From Anthoceros angustus (lineage: Eukaryota > Plantae > Anthocerotophyta), in the NCBI GenBank assembly GCA_010909165.1, contig MU008198.1, forward strand, positions 473,429-537,428: a DNA stretch of 64,000 bases, written 5' to 3'. Below, piece after piece: positions 39,009 through 51,290 of the stretch (positions are counted from its first letter, which is position 1; each line of letters begins with the position of its first letter). The position numbers and the translations under genes are program-made. The notes under the pieces are model-generated. The model was given only the letters and a program-made list of their open reading frames with translations, was not told where the DNA came from and did not search any database.

Positions 39009-40090
39009 CATCTCCCTAAGGGCACATCTCCTAAGAGAACGTTCCTCCAAGCCGAGCATGGCCCCTATGCTCTTCAACATGGGTAGGGAACAACATCCTA
39101 CCCCAAGGATGAATTCGGAGTTCTTACATGCTCATGTCCAACACACCCAAGCTCCCTCGAGCACATCACACACCTTGAATATATGGTACTGTTCCCTAGC
39201 GAGCTCCTCACCAACCTCCTTAGCAACATTTCTCCTTAGTGAACTCCTCCGCCAAATCTCCCTTGATTGACCTCGCTGCCCAATTCTCGGGCCACCACGA
39301 TGGCCCCTTTCACATTTGCTTGCAGCCCAAATACAAATTTCGCCTTCCTCAAGTGAATCCCCATCGCGATTCCTTCACCATGTTGCAGCCCGGATCCCCA
39401 AAGCTCACTCATAAGCTTGCCAAACAAGACCTAGGCCCCTCCTAGCATTTGCAGCACCACACCTCGTAATCATGTCAATTCCAGCTTGGTTGTGCGAGCA
39501 AAAGGCAAAGGCTTGCCTTCTTCACAATTCACACCCTTCGTAGCCCACAACCAGACTCCACTTCTCACATTGCAAGGTCATCACCTCCTAAGTTCCACTA
39601 ATCACAAGCTCCAGTTCATGGCCTCACGCTTAGCTCACAAGGCACAAATTTCTCCCAAAATCCCAACTTCCGTGATGACTCTATCTTGGCTTCTCCACAC
39701 CTTAGCTCCAAAAGTTGAGCTCTTGCCTCTGACACCCACGACAACGCCCGCGCCTCTTCCAACTTGCATGCCTTACAATTAGCCTGCTACTTCCGGCACT
39801 CCTTGCAGCTCCTAGCTCCTTCCAACTATGTGCCCAGAACTTCCAAGCGCCGCCTTTAAGCCTCCTCCACCAAACATACATTCCTATTTTATCGCTACTT
39901 AAACTAGGGGTTCCAAATCAATCACTAATTCCCTTTGCACATATAGTCTATGGGGCAAGATTCTACCCTACCGCTCATCTATCTAGGCTTGAGAAACTTC
40001 CAAATTCCTACCCTTGTCCCTAACTTTCTGGATGGCTCAAGAAGAAACACTCGTTACTCACCGATCACTTTGAATAAAGATTGAACCAAA

Positions 40091-41237
40091 ATGAACCGAA
40101 TCGGATCAAAATGACAAAGGGACCCAAACTTTTGCGTTGCACGCTCACTCCATGAATAACTCAAGGTTATCTTCAAGTGTGAATGATGAAAGTATTGCTA
40201 ATTTGTGTGCCGCAATGCAACGAGGCCTACCAAGCAAGATTTTACTTTCATTTATTTCCACCGAGTACCTAAACTAGTTAATGGACAACAATGATGGATA
40301 TTTGCAGCGTTGTCGCGGTCGTAAATACATTATGAAGGAAACAAAATCATCGAAGGATCCAAATAGTTGGGTGATGCGGTTGTATTATCAATATCTTTCA
40401 AAGGTTAGGCGAAGTGATATGGGATACGATTTCAAAGTTGAACTAGTATGTCGACACCTTATATATGGATGAAATTCATATTCGATTTAGATTTAGATTC
40501 GGATATTTGGGACCCGGCTTCCACCACTCGAAAGTGCTAGTTGTTGATGAGGAGGAAAGTGATCATTTTTATTATTTCTAGCGCATGAGCTGGACGATGA
40601 TTCACGTGACATGTTTCATTTATATGTATATTCTTTAGCCATAGGTCAATGGACGGTTCAAGAATTCAACCAAAAAGAAACATAGGTGACATGTTCACGA
40701 ATCGATTAAGTGCTGTGCTATCGAGATTCGGAGTTAATATTACTTTGATTGCACATGTTGTAGACGACAATTATGATGTATTATTTGAGCTGGTGTCATT
40801 TGATAATGAGATAATTACAAGTCCAAACCTTTATGAGTGGAAACCCTCTTGAGCCTTTAAATTTTACATCCATATGGTGAAGTACGGAAATTGGATTTGT
40901 TGCCCACAATGGACACTTTTATGGTATGGATGGTAAAAGAAGGGGTAAGAAGTTTTCTATCGCCATCTACAAGCGTAACCAACAAGCTCAAGTGGGAAAG
41001 TTTAATCACGAGGACTTTGCAATACAAAGCCTATTTGCACGCTTGTTCCACCCCTAGTCAATGGAAGTGTTTGGAATTGGCGACTTTATATATTTACATT
41101 TTTTTTATACGTTAAGAAATCGAAAAGACGGAAAAGATGATAGGAGTTGTGTACATTACCTTATCTCAACAATATAATTTTACAATGGATGGAGAATTGT
41201 GTTTCAAGATGAAATTGTCAACCCCATGAGGACATGA
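40091..41237 (+). pseudogene. F-box/F-box-associated-like gene, unit 5
   Basis: ORF pieces 40281-40472, 40649-40852 and 40891-41115. Confidence 0.45.
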
Positions 41238-43031
41238 AGCCTAGAAGGACCAACTTCCATTTTGGGGTGTTCAAAATTTTTCATGTTTGTTCATCATCTA
41301 GAAATGATCTACTTGACAAAAAGTCTAAATAAGTATACTAGAATTTAGATACAAAACCGATTCTTACAACATAGATAAATCAAATAGCGATTCTTGAAAA
41401 GAAATCTTTTTAGTCCACGGACAATGTAATCCCGAAATTATATCTTGTTGTATCTTTCATTGCTTATTTGTCCCCTTAAATCGAGGTTGACAACGGGGCT
41501 AGTCCCTTTGGCCGAGGTCCAGAGAGTTGTTCCATCACCCTGTAGATGGGGACTTCCTATCTCTTGCATATTTATAAAGTCTCCACGTTCTCTCTATTTT
41601 TGTCATTTTCACGAATGTATCTTTACCTTTTTTTTACTTTAAATTTTACATACATTGATTCACTGAATTCCATAGCTGAATAATTGTAGAAATAAAAATA
41701 ATATAATACTATTTTATTTCCTTTTCGACGCATGAAAACTAAAGTGCCTCAACAAAGTGAACAAAGTTTGAGTGGAAGGTAGGAACATAGTCGGGAGTGG
41801 CGGTAAAATATGGACAACTAAAAATGCACGTCAAATTAGGTTCTTACGGTGTCATTTCCACCGATGCGAGCAGTTAGGTTTCTCATAGCATGGCACAAAT
41901 GATATGATGACATGGTGGTGATTCTTTGGGTATGGGTATGCAAAATGTGGTGAACTCAAACTTTGAGGCACGCCACGTTTCATAACATGAACACAAAGAG
42001 TGTGGTGATATGGATTGCCTCGATAGGCTATGCCCACAACAAGGCGGCCCCCGGAGGTGCTTGCTCTATATGAGTGGAGCTCACGAATGGAGCGACCTCG
42101 GGATGGCATGAGCTTGCATCGCAAGTCCCTCATTTCGCACTCATATCTAGCACCAAAAGTTGCCAACAAAGCGATCCTCGCCCAAGCTCCTTTAAATTTG
42201 CAAATTTATACATGAAGCTAAGCGCACCATCGGCAACGCTTGATCTAAAGAGTCGGCGAATGTACGTCCTATTGGAGTGATGCCCTGCTGCCTAGCTGCA
42301 TGATGATCTAGGGCCCCTTTACCTTTCCTGTGACCATATCCTACAATCACCACATGTCCACCACATCCTTCCCATAGACATGGGCATCATGAAGCTTCTT
42401 CCCTTGGTACATAGCACCTAATTGTCGACAATGCACTTGCAAGGCCACACCTATAGGTGAGTATCGATACTTTGTATTTTATATTTTTATAACTTAAATA
42501 GTTAAATACAAAAATATAAAATTTGATATATATAGTAAAATATATTTGCAAGTAACAAATAATACATGCCGCATGGAGAAGAAAATAAAAGGGCTTTTAT
42601 TAAAGGAGAAGAGATGGGGTAAGCCCATCTACCTTTCAAAGGCTAACACTAGCTAGGGACCTCAAGGGTGGTAAGAGCAACTAAGCTCGAATCTAAAATC
42701 TATGGCTCCGCAATATCATGACTAAGTAGGTTTTAGAGGATGTGAGCACGCTTTGGTGGCTCGATTCACGTATGAAAGCGGTGTGCCACAGGATCACTGG
42801 ACCAATCGAGGTGTCACCATGATCACCTATTATCATTGTCGTCCTAAGGATGCCTCGTGCGCCGTTGAGCAATGGACACATGTTGTGGAAAGGATGAAGT
42901 CCAAGAGCTAGGAAGCCCCACACCATGTATGTGACCGTGAGGAAAGGCTTGAGCACTTGATAAAATTTATCAAAGTCCTCGACCAATGTGCCATACATTT
43001 TGAAAGCGAGCAAAATGAAGAGTGGTGCACT

Positions 43032-44867
43032 TCATGTTGTCACACTTAGTTTCACGAGACTTGATCACCACGGACGAGGTACATGATGAGATGAGCCCTA
43101 ATTGACCTTGCTTGACCGCATGGAGAAGCACACGCCACTTACGCCTCACGTGAAAAAGATATGGCGTGTTGCAAATGGCATTCCATAGTTCCTCATATTC
43201 ATCTTCTTGTGGAGTAAGAATGTCTTGAGTGAATGTCTTAACGTCTTCTTCATATTTGTTTTCCTCTTCAATAAAAATATCTTTCTTTTCTTCATATTCA
43301 TTTTCTTGCTCTATAAAAATATCTAAGTTCTCCTCATATTGGTTTCTTCTTCTAGAAATTCTTCGTTCTCATATTCATTTTCTTTCTTCATAAAAATTTT
43401 GTTTCAATGATCCTCTTGAGTAGAAATGTCCTCCTCATATTGGTTTACCTCTTGAGTAGAAATGTCCTCCTCATATTCGTCTTGAGTAAAATGTATTGCT
43501 CATATTCCGTGTTCTTCACTAAAAATATGCTTGTCGTTATAATCATTTTCTTCTTCATATTCATTTTCCTCTTCCTCATTTTCTTCTTCATTCTTCTTTA
43601 TATTCTTTTCTTCATCATTTTCCTTATAGTTATTCCCTCTTCAGCAAAAATATTTTTGCATAATCTTCTTCCTCTTGCTTAGAAATATTCCTCATCATCA
43701 TCTTCATCCTCACCAAGAATATCTTCGCTATTAGTGAAGGAGTTGCTACATTCAATTTCTTCATACCTTGGACCTGGACGATTTTTTTATTCTTCTTCAT
43801 CATTTTCCTTGTAGTAGTTTCTTCTTCATATTTGCTTTCTTTGTCGCTTGAACTATTATGCTCATACTCATTTTCCTCTTCCTCTTCCTCATTTTCTACA
43901 TAATCTTCTTCTTCTTTCTTCTTCTACATAATCTTCTTCTTCTTCTACATAATCTTCTTCTTCTTCTTCTTCTCTTCTTCTTCTACATAATCTTCTTCTT
44001 CTTCTACATAATCTTCTTCTTCTTCATCACTTAGAAAAATTCCCTGATAATTGTCTTTTGTACTAAGAATGTCTTCGTCGTCAACAAGGAAGTTGCCACA
44101 CTCAATTCCAAGATGTTTTGGAAGTATGGCACTAATTTTGTTGCTCCACAAGGGATCTAGTTTGAAAATATAACGACATTTTGAAGGACTTCCCCAATAT
44201 ATAGTGCAAGTTACTTTTTTAGTTGTAGGACGATTTCTCGTCGTGAAAGGAATCAATTTAAAGTCTACTTGCAATTGCAAAAAATTTGTTTCAATGATCC
44301 TCTTGACCAAAGTCTGTGCATCTTTTACGGCATGACCTAACGCATATATCATCGTGGATAGAAGAGATCTTGTGAGATGATTTTGAGCAATTTTGGCCTT
44401 CTCTTTTAAATTAGTTGCAGAACAAGTTCTTGTGACTTGTATCTCCAAGTGATTGGAATTGTTTAAGGTCATCATAACTGTAAAAGATATAACTTGATTC
44501 TACGGTTTACCAAGAGGACAAAGAAGCACTTTGTCAAACTTTTCAAACAAGCTTTTAAAAGTTTGTGGAACGGAAAAGTTTGGTCAGCTAAGTTTTTGGC
44601 AAAACACGAGACAATTTGGGGACCAAGGCAAGGTTCGGTAGGGAAGTTTTTGCAGATGGATGAAGGGAGGATGACTACAATTCGTAGGAAGTAGGGGATT
44701 TGTAGGCGTCAGCTAGCGTAATCGAGTTTGAGACGCAAGGTAGATAGTAGGTGGGTTAATGGGCGTCGTAGGTGGTCCGGACTTGGTTAATTGAGAGAAC
44801 ACAGGATGTCCTAGACTTAGCCGTTAACGGGTAGAAAGGAGGTGGGAGGATATGTTAGAAAACCCAT
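43032..44867 (-). CDS. Orphan acidic-repeat protein, unit 6
   Basis: Contains the longest unbroken piece of this ORF, 43945-44475 (176 aa), which joins the N-domain to the acidic block. Confidence 0.55.
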
Positions 44868-46572
44868 TTGATACGCATATATAGGGGAATTAGGGGTCTA
44901 TTATGACATCCGAGAAACAAAGTTCCTTGGACTTGTTATAAATATCCAAGCGGGTAGGAAGTCCTTGGCCTTTGGGGTTTCGGTAGAAAGTTCCTTGTCG
45001 AGACCATGGTAGAAAAAGGATATGAGATAGAGCCATGCATTTCATGAGCCAAGGAGGATAACTTCCTTGGAATTGAGGGAGGGGGGTTCAATTTCTCGAA
45101 TGTCACGCAGAGGGCTATATATACATGTCGATTATCGATATATAGAAGATGAGATTTGATGATCGGGATCATCGAGGATGATGGCGCAACTAGGGACCGG
45201 ATACCAACCGGATTATCACGAGAAGGAAAAGTCAGATTCGTGCATAAGGCACATCTTGTCGAGGAAAGGAATCCTCTATAAGCTAGGACTAGACAAAGTA
45301 GTTCAAGGTGTTTGGAGGCGAACAAATTGCGGTGGCGGAGGCCCTCTACATACTAAGGAGGCGGGGACATTATTCACAAGTGATCGAAGAAGATTTTGAT
45401 GCAGCTTTTGGTGGTCCACTATGCAAAGGGACATGGAAATTTATCGGGAGGCTGATGCGTGTCAAAGGATAGGAGACCACATCTCCCTAAGGGCACATCT
45501 CCCTAAGAGAACGTTCCTCCAAGCCGAGCATGGCCCCTATGCTCTTCAACATGGGTAGGGAACAACATCCTACCCCAAGGATCGAATTAGGAGTTCTTAC
45601 ATGCTCATGTCCAACACACCCAAGCTCCCTCGAGCACATCACACACCTTGAATATATGGTACTCGTTCCTAGCGAGCTCCTCACCAACCTCCTTAGCAAC
45701 ATTTCTCCTTAGTGAACTCCTCCGCCAAATCTCCTTGATTGACCTCGCTGCCCAATTCTCGGGGCGGCCACCACGATGGCCCCTTTCACATTTGCTTGCA
45801 GCCCAAATACAAATTTCGCCTTCCTCAAGTGAATCCCCATCGCGATTCCTTCACCATGTTGCAGCCCGGATCCCCAAAGCTCACTCATAAGCGTGCACAA
45901 ACAAGACCTAGGCCCCTCCTAGCATTTGCAGCACCACACCTCGTAATCATGTCAATTCCACCAGCTTGGTTGTGCGAGCAAAAGGCAAAGGCTTGCCTTC
46001 TTCACAATTCACACCCTTCGTAGCCCACAACCAAGACTCCACTTCTCACATTGCAAGGTCATCACCTCCTAAGTTCCACTAATCACAAGCTCCAGTTCAT
46101 GGCCTCACGGTAGCTTAGCTCACAAGGCACAAATTTCTCCCAAAATCCCAACTTCCGTGACAGACTCTATCTTGGCTTCTCCACACCTTAGCTCCAAAAG
46201 TTGAGCTCTTGCCTCACACCCACGACAACGCCGCCTCTTCCAACTTGCATGCCTTACAATTAGCCTGCTTCCCAAAGACACTCCTTGCAGCTCCTAGCTC
46301 CTTCCAACTATGTGCCCAAGAACTTCCAAGCGCCGCCTTTAAGCTCACCGAAACATACATTCCTATTTTATCGCTACTTAAACTAGGGGTTCCAAATCAA
46401 TCACTAATTCCCTTTGCACATATAGTCTATGGGGCAAGATTCTACCCTACCCGCTCATCTATCTAGGCTTGAGAAACTTCCAAATTCCTACCCTTGTCCC
46501 TAACTTTCTGGATGGCTCAAGAAGAAACACTCGTTACTACTCACTATCACTTTGAATAAAGATTGAACCAAA

Positions 46573-47741
46573 ATGAACCGAATCGGATCAAAATGACAAA
46601 GGGACCCAAACTTTTGCGTTGCACGCTCACTCCATGAATAACTCAAGGTTATCTTCAAGTGTCTGAATGATGAAAGTATTGCTAATTTGTGTGCCGCAAT
46701 GCAACGAGGCCTACCAAGCAAGATTTTACTTTCATTTATTTCCACCGAGTACCTAAACTAGTTAATGGACAACAATGATGGATATTTGCAGCGTTGTCGA
46801 TGTCGGTCGTAAATACATTATGAAGGAAACAAAATCATCGAAGGATCCAAATAGTTGGGTGATGCGGATTTGTATTATCAATATCTTTTCAAAGGTTAGG
46901 CGAGAAGTGATATGGGATACGATTTCAAAGTTGAACTAGTATGTCGACACCTTATATATGGATGAAATTCATATTCGCATTTAGATTTAGATTCGGATAT
47001 TTGGGACCCGCTTCCACCACTCGAGAAGCTAGTGCTAGTTGTTGATGAGGAGGAAAGTGATCATTTTTATTATTTCTAGCGCATGAGCTGGACGATGATT
47101 CACGTGACATGTTTCATTTATATGTATATTCTTTAGCCATAGGTCAATGGACGGTTCAAGAATTCAACCAAAAAAGAAACATAGGTGACATGTTCACTGT
47201 AATCAGTGTAAGTGCTGTGCTATCGAGATTCGGAGTTAATATTACTTTGATTGCACATGTTGTCGACGACAATTATGATGTATTATTTGAGCTGGTGTCA
47301 TTTGATAATGAGATAATTACAAGTCAGCAAACCTTTATGAGTGGAAACCCTCTTGAGCCTTTAAATTTACATCCATATGGTGAAGTACGGAAATTGGATT
47401 TGTTGCCCACAATGGACACTTTTATGGTATGGATGGTAAAAGAAGGGTAAGAAGTTTTCTATCGCCATCTACAAGCTTAACCAACAAGCGCTCAAGTGGG
47501 AAAGTTTAATCACGAGGACTTTGCAATACAAAGCCTATTTGCACGTTTGTTCCACCCCTAGTCAATGGAAGTGTTTGGAATTGGCGACTTTATATATTTA
47601 CATTTTTTTGTACAGTTAAGAAATCGAAAAGATGGAAAAGATGATAGGAGTTGTGTACATTACCTTGTCTGCAACAATATAATTTACAATGGATGGAGAA
47701 TTGTGTTTCAAGATGAAATTGTCAACCCCATGAGGACATGA
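46573..47741 (+). pseudogene. F-box/F-box-associated-like gene, unit 6 (clearest copy)
   Basis: MNRIGSK*QRDPNF..SLHE*LKVIFKCLNDESIANL (weak F-box), DNNDGYL, RICIINIFSKVRR, DIWDPLPPLEKLVLVVDEEESD, FHLYVYSLAIGQWTVQEF (FBA-like VYxSxxxxW), ending GWRIVFQDEIVNPMRT*. Several stops are shared by all copies. Confidence 0.5.
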
Positions 47742-49534
47742 AGCCTAGAAGGACCAACTTCCATTTTGGGGTGTTCAAAATTTTTCATGTTTGTTCATCA
47801 TCTAGAAATGATCTACTTGACAAAAGTCTAAATAAGTATACTAGAATTTAGATACAAAACCGATTCTTACAACATAGATAAATCAAATAGCGATTCTTGA
47901 AAAGAAATCTTTTTAGTCCACGGACAATGTAATCCCGAAAGAAATTATATCTTGTTGTATCTTTCATTGCTTATTTGTCCCCTTAAATCGAGGTTGACAA
48001 CGGGGCTAGTCCCTTTGGCTCGAGGTCCAGAGAGTTGTTCCATCACCGGTGTAGATGGGGACTTCCTATCTCTTGCATATTTATAAAGTCTCCACGTTCT
48101 CTCTATTTTTGTCCAGTTTTCACGAATGTATCTTTACCTTTTTTTTACTTTAAATTTTACATACATTGATTCACTTCGAATTCCATAGCTGAATAATTGT
48201 AGAAATAAAAATAATATAATACTATTTTATTTCCTTTTCGACGCATGAAAACTAAAGTGCCTCAACAAAGTGAACAAAGTTTGAGTGCAAGGTAGGAACA
48301 TAGTCGGAGTGGCGGTAAAATATGGACAACTAAAAATGCACGTCAAATTAGGTTCTTACGGTGTCATTTCCAACGATCAGGCAGTTAGGTTTCTCATAGC
48401 ATGGCACAAATGATATGATGACATGGGATGGTGATTCTTTGGTATGGGTAGGTACAAAATGTGGTGAACTCAAACTTTGAGGCACGCGCCACGTTTTTAC
48501 ATGAACACAAAGAGTGTGGTGATATGGATTGCCTCGATAGCATGCCTATGCCAGCAACAAGGGGCCCCTGCCAGGTGCTTGCTCTATATGAGTGGAGCTC
48601 ACGAATGGAGCCTCGGGATGGCATGAGCTTGCATCGTGCAAGTCCTCATTTCGCACTCATATCTAGCACCAAAAGTTGCCAACAAGCGATCCTCGCCCAA
48701 GCTCCTTTAAATTTGCTTTATACATGAAGCTAAACGCACCATCGCAAACGCTTGATCTAAAGAGGCATCGGCGTCCTATTGAGTGATGCCCTGCTGCTAC
48801 TAGCTGCATGATGATCTAGGCCCTTTACCTTTCCTGTGACCATATCCTACAATCACCACATGTCCACCACATCCTTCCGCCATGACATGGGCATCATGTA
48901 TGAAGCTTCTTCCCTTGGTACATAGCACCTAATTGTCGACAATGCCTTGCACAAGGCCCACACCTATAGGTGAGTATCGATACTTTGTATTTTATATTTT
49001 ATAACTTAAATAGTTAAATACAAAAATATAAAATTTGATATATATAGTAAAATATATTTGCAAGTAACAAATAATACATGCCGCATGGAGAAGAAAATAA
49101 AAGGGCTTTTATTAAAGGAGAAGAGATGGGGTAAGCCCATCTACCTTTCAAAGGCTAACACTAGCTAGGGACCTCAAGGGTCCGTGTAAGCGGAAGCAAC
49201 TAAGCTCTGAATCTAAAATCTATGGCTCCTGCAATATCATGACTAAGTAGGTTTTAGAGGATGTGAGCACGCTTTGGTGGCTCGATTCACGTATGAAAAC
49301 AGTGTGCCACGGATCACTGGACCAATCGAGGTGTCACCATGATCACCTATTATCATTGTCGTCCTAAGGATGCCTCGTCTGCGCCGAGAGCAATGGACAC
49401 ATGTTGTGGAAAGCTGTGAAGTCCAAGAGCTAGGAAGCCCCACACCATGTATGTGACCGTGAAAGGCTTGAGCGCACTTGATAAATTTATCAAAGTCCTC
49501 GAATGTGCCATACATTTGAAAGCAAAATGAAGAT

Positions 49535-51290
49535 GGTAACTTCCATCTCCTTGTACAGACCTAGCGAATACTTCGTGATGATTAGAAGATAGAGTTGGCA
49601 TCTCTTGTAGGGTTGAGCACCACGCTACCAGAGACTTGTCACCAGGATGGGGTGTGACCAAGATCGCATGGAGAAGTATATGGCCACACATCACCTATGT
49701 GGCATGTCCAAATGGATGTTCCTCATATTTGTCCCTGAGTAAGAATGTCTTGAGTGGAAAGGTAGTCACACTCAATTTCATGGAGACTTGTCAAGACAAG
49801 GTACAACTAATCCCCACACCATGCATGAGTGCGCAAAGGGAAAAAAATTTATCAAAGTCCATAGTCCTCACATTTTCTTGAAAGGAGTCTGAAGAGAATG
49901 TTGTCACACTTGCTCACACTCACCAGGTTCGTGATGATTAGAAGATAAGTTGGCATCTTTAGGGTGAGCACCAGTCTATTTAGACTGGTCACCACGGACG
50001 AGGTACATGATGAGATGAGCCCTAATTGACCTTGCTTGACCGCATGGAGAAGTATATGCCACTATTATCACGCTATGGGTGCTGCACATTCCATAGTTCC
50101 TCATATTTGTCCTCTTGAGTAAGAATGTCTTGAGTGGAAAGGTAGTCACACTCAATTTCATGGAGACTTGTCAAGACAAGGTACAACTAATCCCCACACC
50201 ATGCATGAGTGCGCAAAGGGAAAAAAATTTATCAAAGTCCATAGTCCTCACATTTTCTTGAAAGGAGTCTGAAGAGAATGTTGTCACACTTAGTTTCACA
50301 GACTTGATCACCACGGACGAGGTACATGATGAGATGAGCCCTAATTGACCTTGCTTGACCGCATGGAGAAGCACACGGCCACACGCCTCACGTGAAAAAG
50401 ATATGGCGTGTTGCAAATGGCATTCCATAGTTCCTCATATTCATCTTCTTGAGTAAGAATGTCTTGAGTGAAGGTAGTCACATCATGGAGACTAAGTTGA
50501 AGTAAACACAATGTTATGAAAGTATGCAATAATGAAGAGCAAATGGCATTCCATAGTTCCTCATATTGGTTTACCTCTTGAGTAAGGATGCCTGATCACT
50601 TAGTTTCACAGACTTGATCACCACGGACGAGGTACATGATGAGATGAGCCCTAATTGACCTTGCTTGACCGCATGGAGAAGTATATGCCACTATTATCAC
50701 GCTATGGGTGCTGCACATTCCATAGTTCCTCATATTTGTCCTCTTGAGTAAGAATGTCTTGAGTGGAAAGGTAGTCACACTCAATTTCATGGAGACTTGG
50801 TCAAGAAAGGTACAACTAATCCAATTGACCGGCCCATGAAAGTATGCACCCACTTGATCACGTGAAAAAGATATGGCGTGTTGCAAATGGCATTCCATAG
50901 TTCCTCATATTCGCCTTGAGTAAGGAGCAAAGAGAATGTTGTCACACTTAGTTTCACAGACTTGATCACCACGGACGAGGTACATGATGAGATGAGCCCT
51001 AATTGACCTTGCTTGACCGCATGGAGAAGCACACGCCACTTACGTCTCACGTGAAAAAGATATGGCGTGTTGCAAATGGCATTCCATAGTTCCTCATATT
51101 CATCTTCTTGAGTAAGAATGTCTTGAGTGAAGGTAGTCACACTCATCATGGAGACTTGGTCAAGCATGAAGTCAACTAAATGACCATGGCATGAGAAGTT
51201 GAAACATTGTGAAAAATATGCGCAATGATTCAAAGTCCTCAAAGCCTTTGAGTTGAGCATGTTGTCACACTTAGTTTCTGAGACTTGATC
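49535..51290. repeat. Local sub-array (~310-350-bp period) of the REL/acidic-tail block interleaved with non-unit sequence
   Basis: caccacggacgaggtacatg at ~49990, 50309, 50619, 50967 and 51290; spacers such as ggaaaggtagtcacactcaatttcatggagacttg recur only here. Confidence 0.85.

Noticed and set aside
41700-42381. Coding potential of the unit tail (e.g. GITIHVIISFVPCYEKPN, MYKFANLKELGRG on the minus strand)
   Set aside because: Looks protein-like in places, but no consistent frame across copies and no recognisable family.
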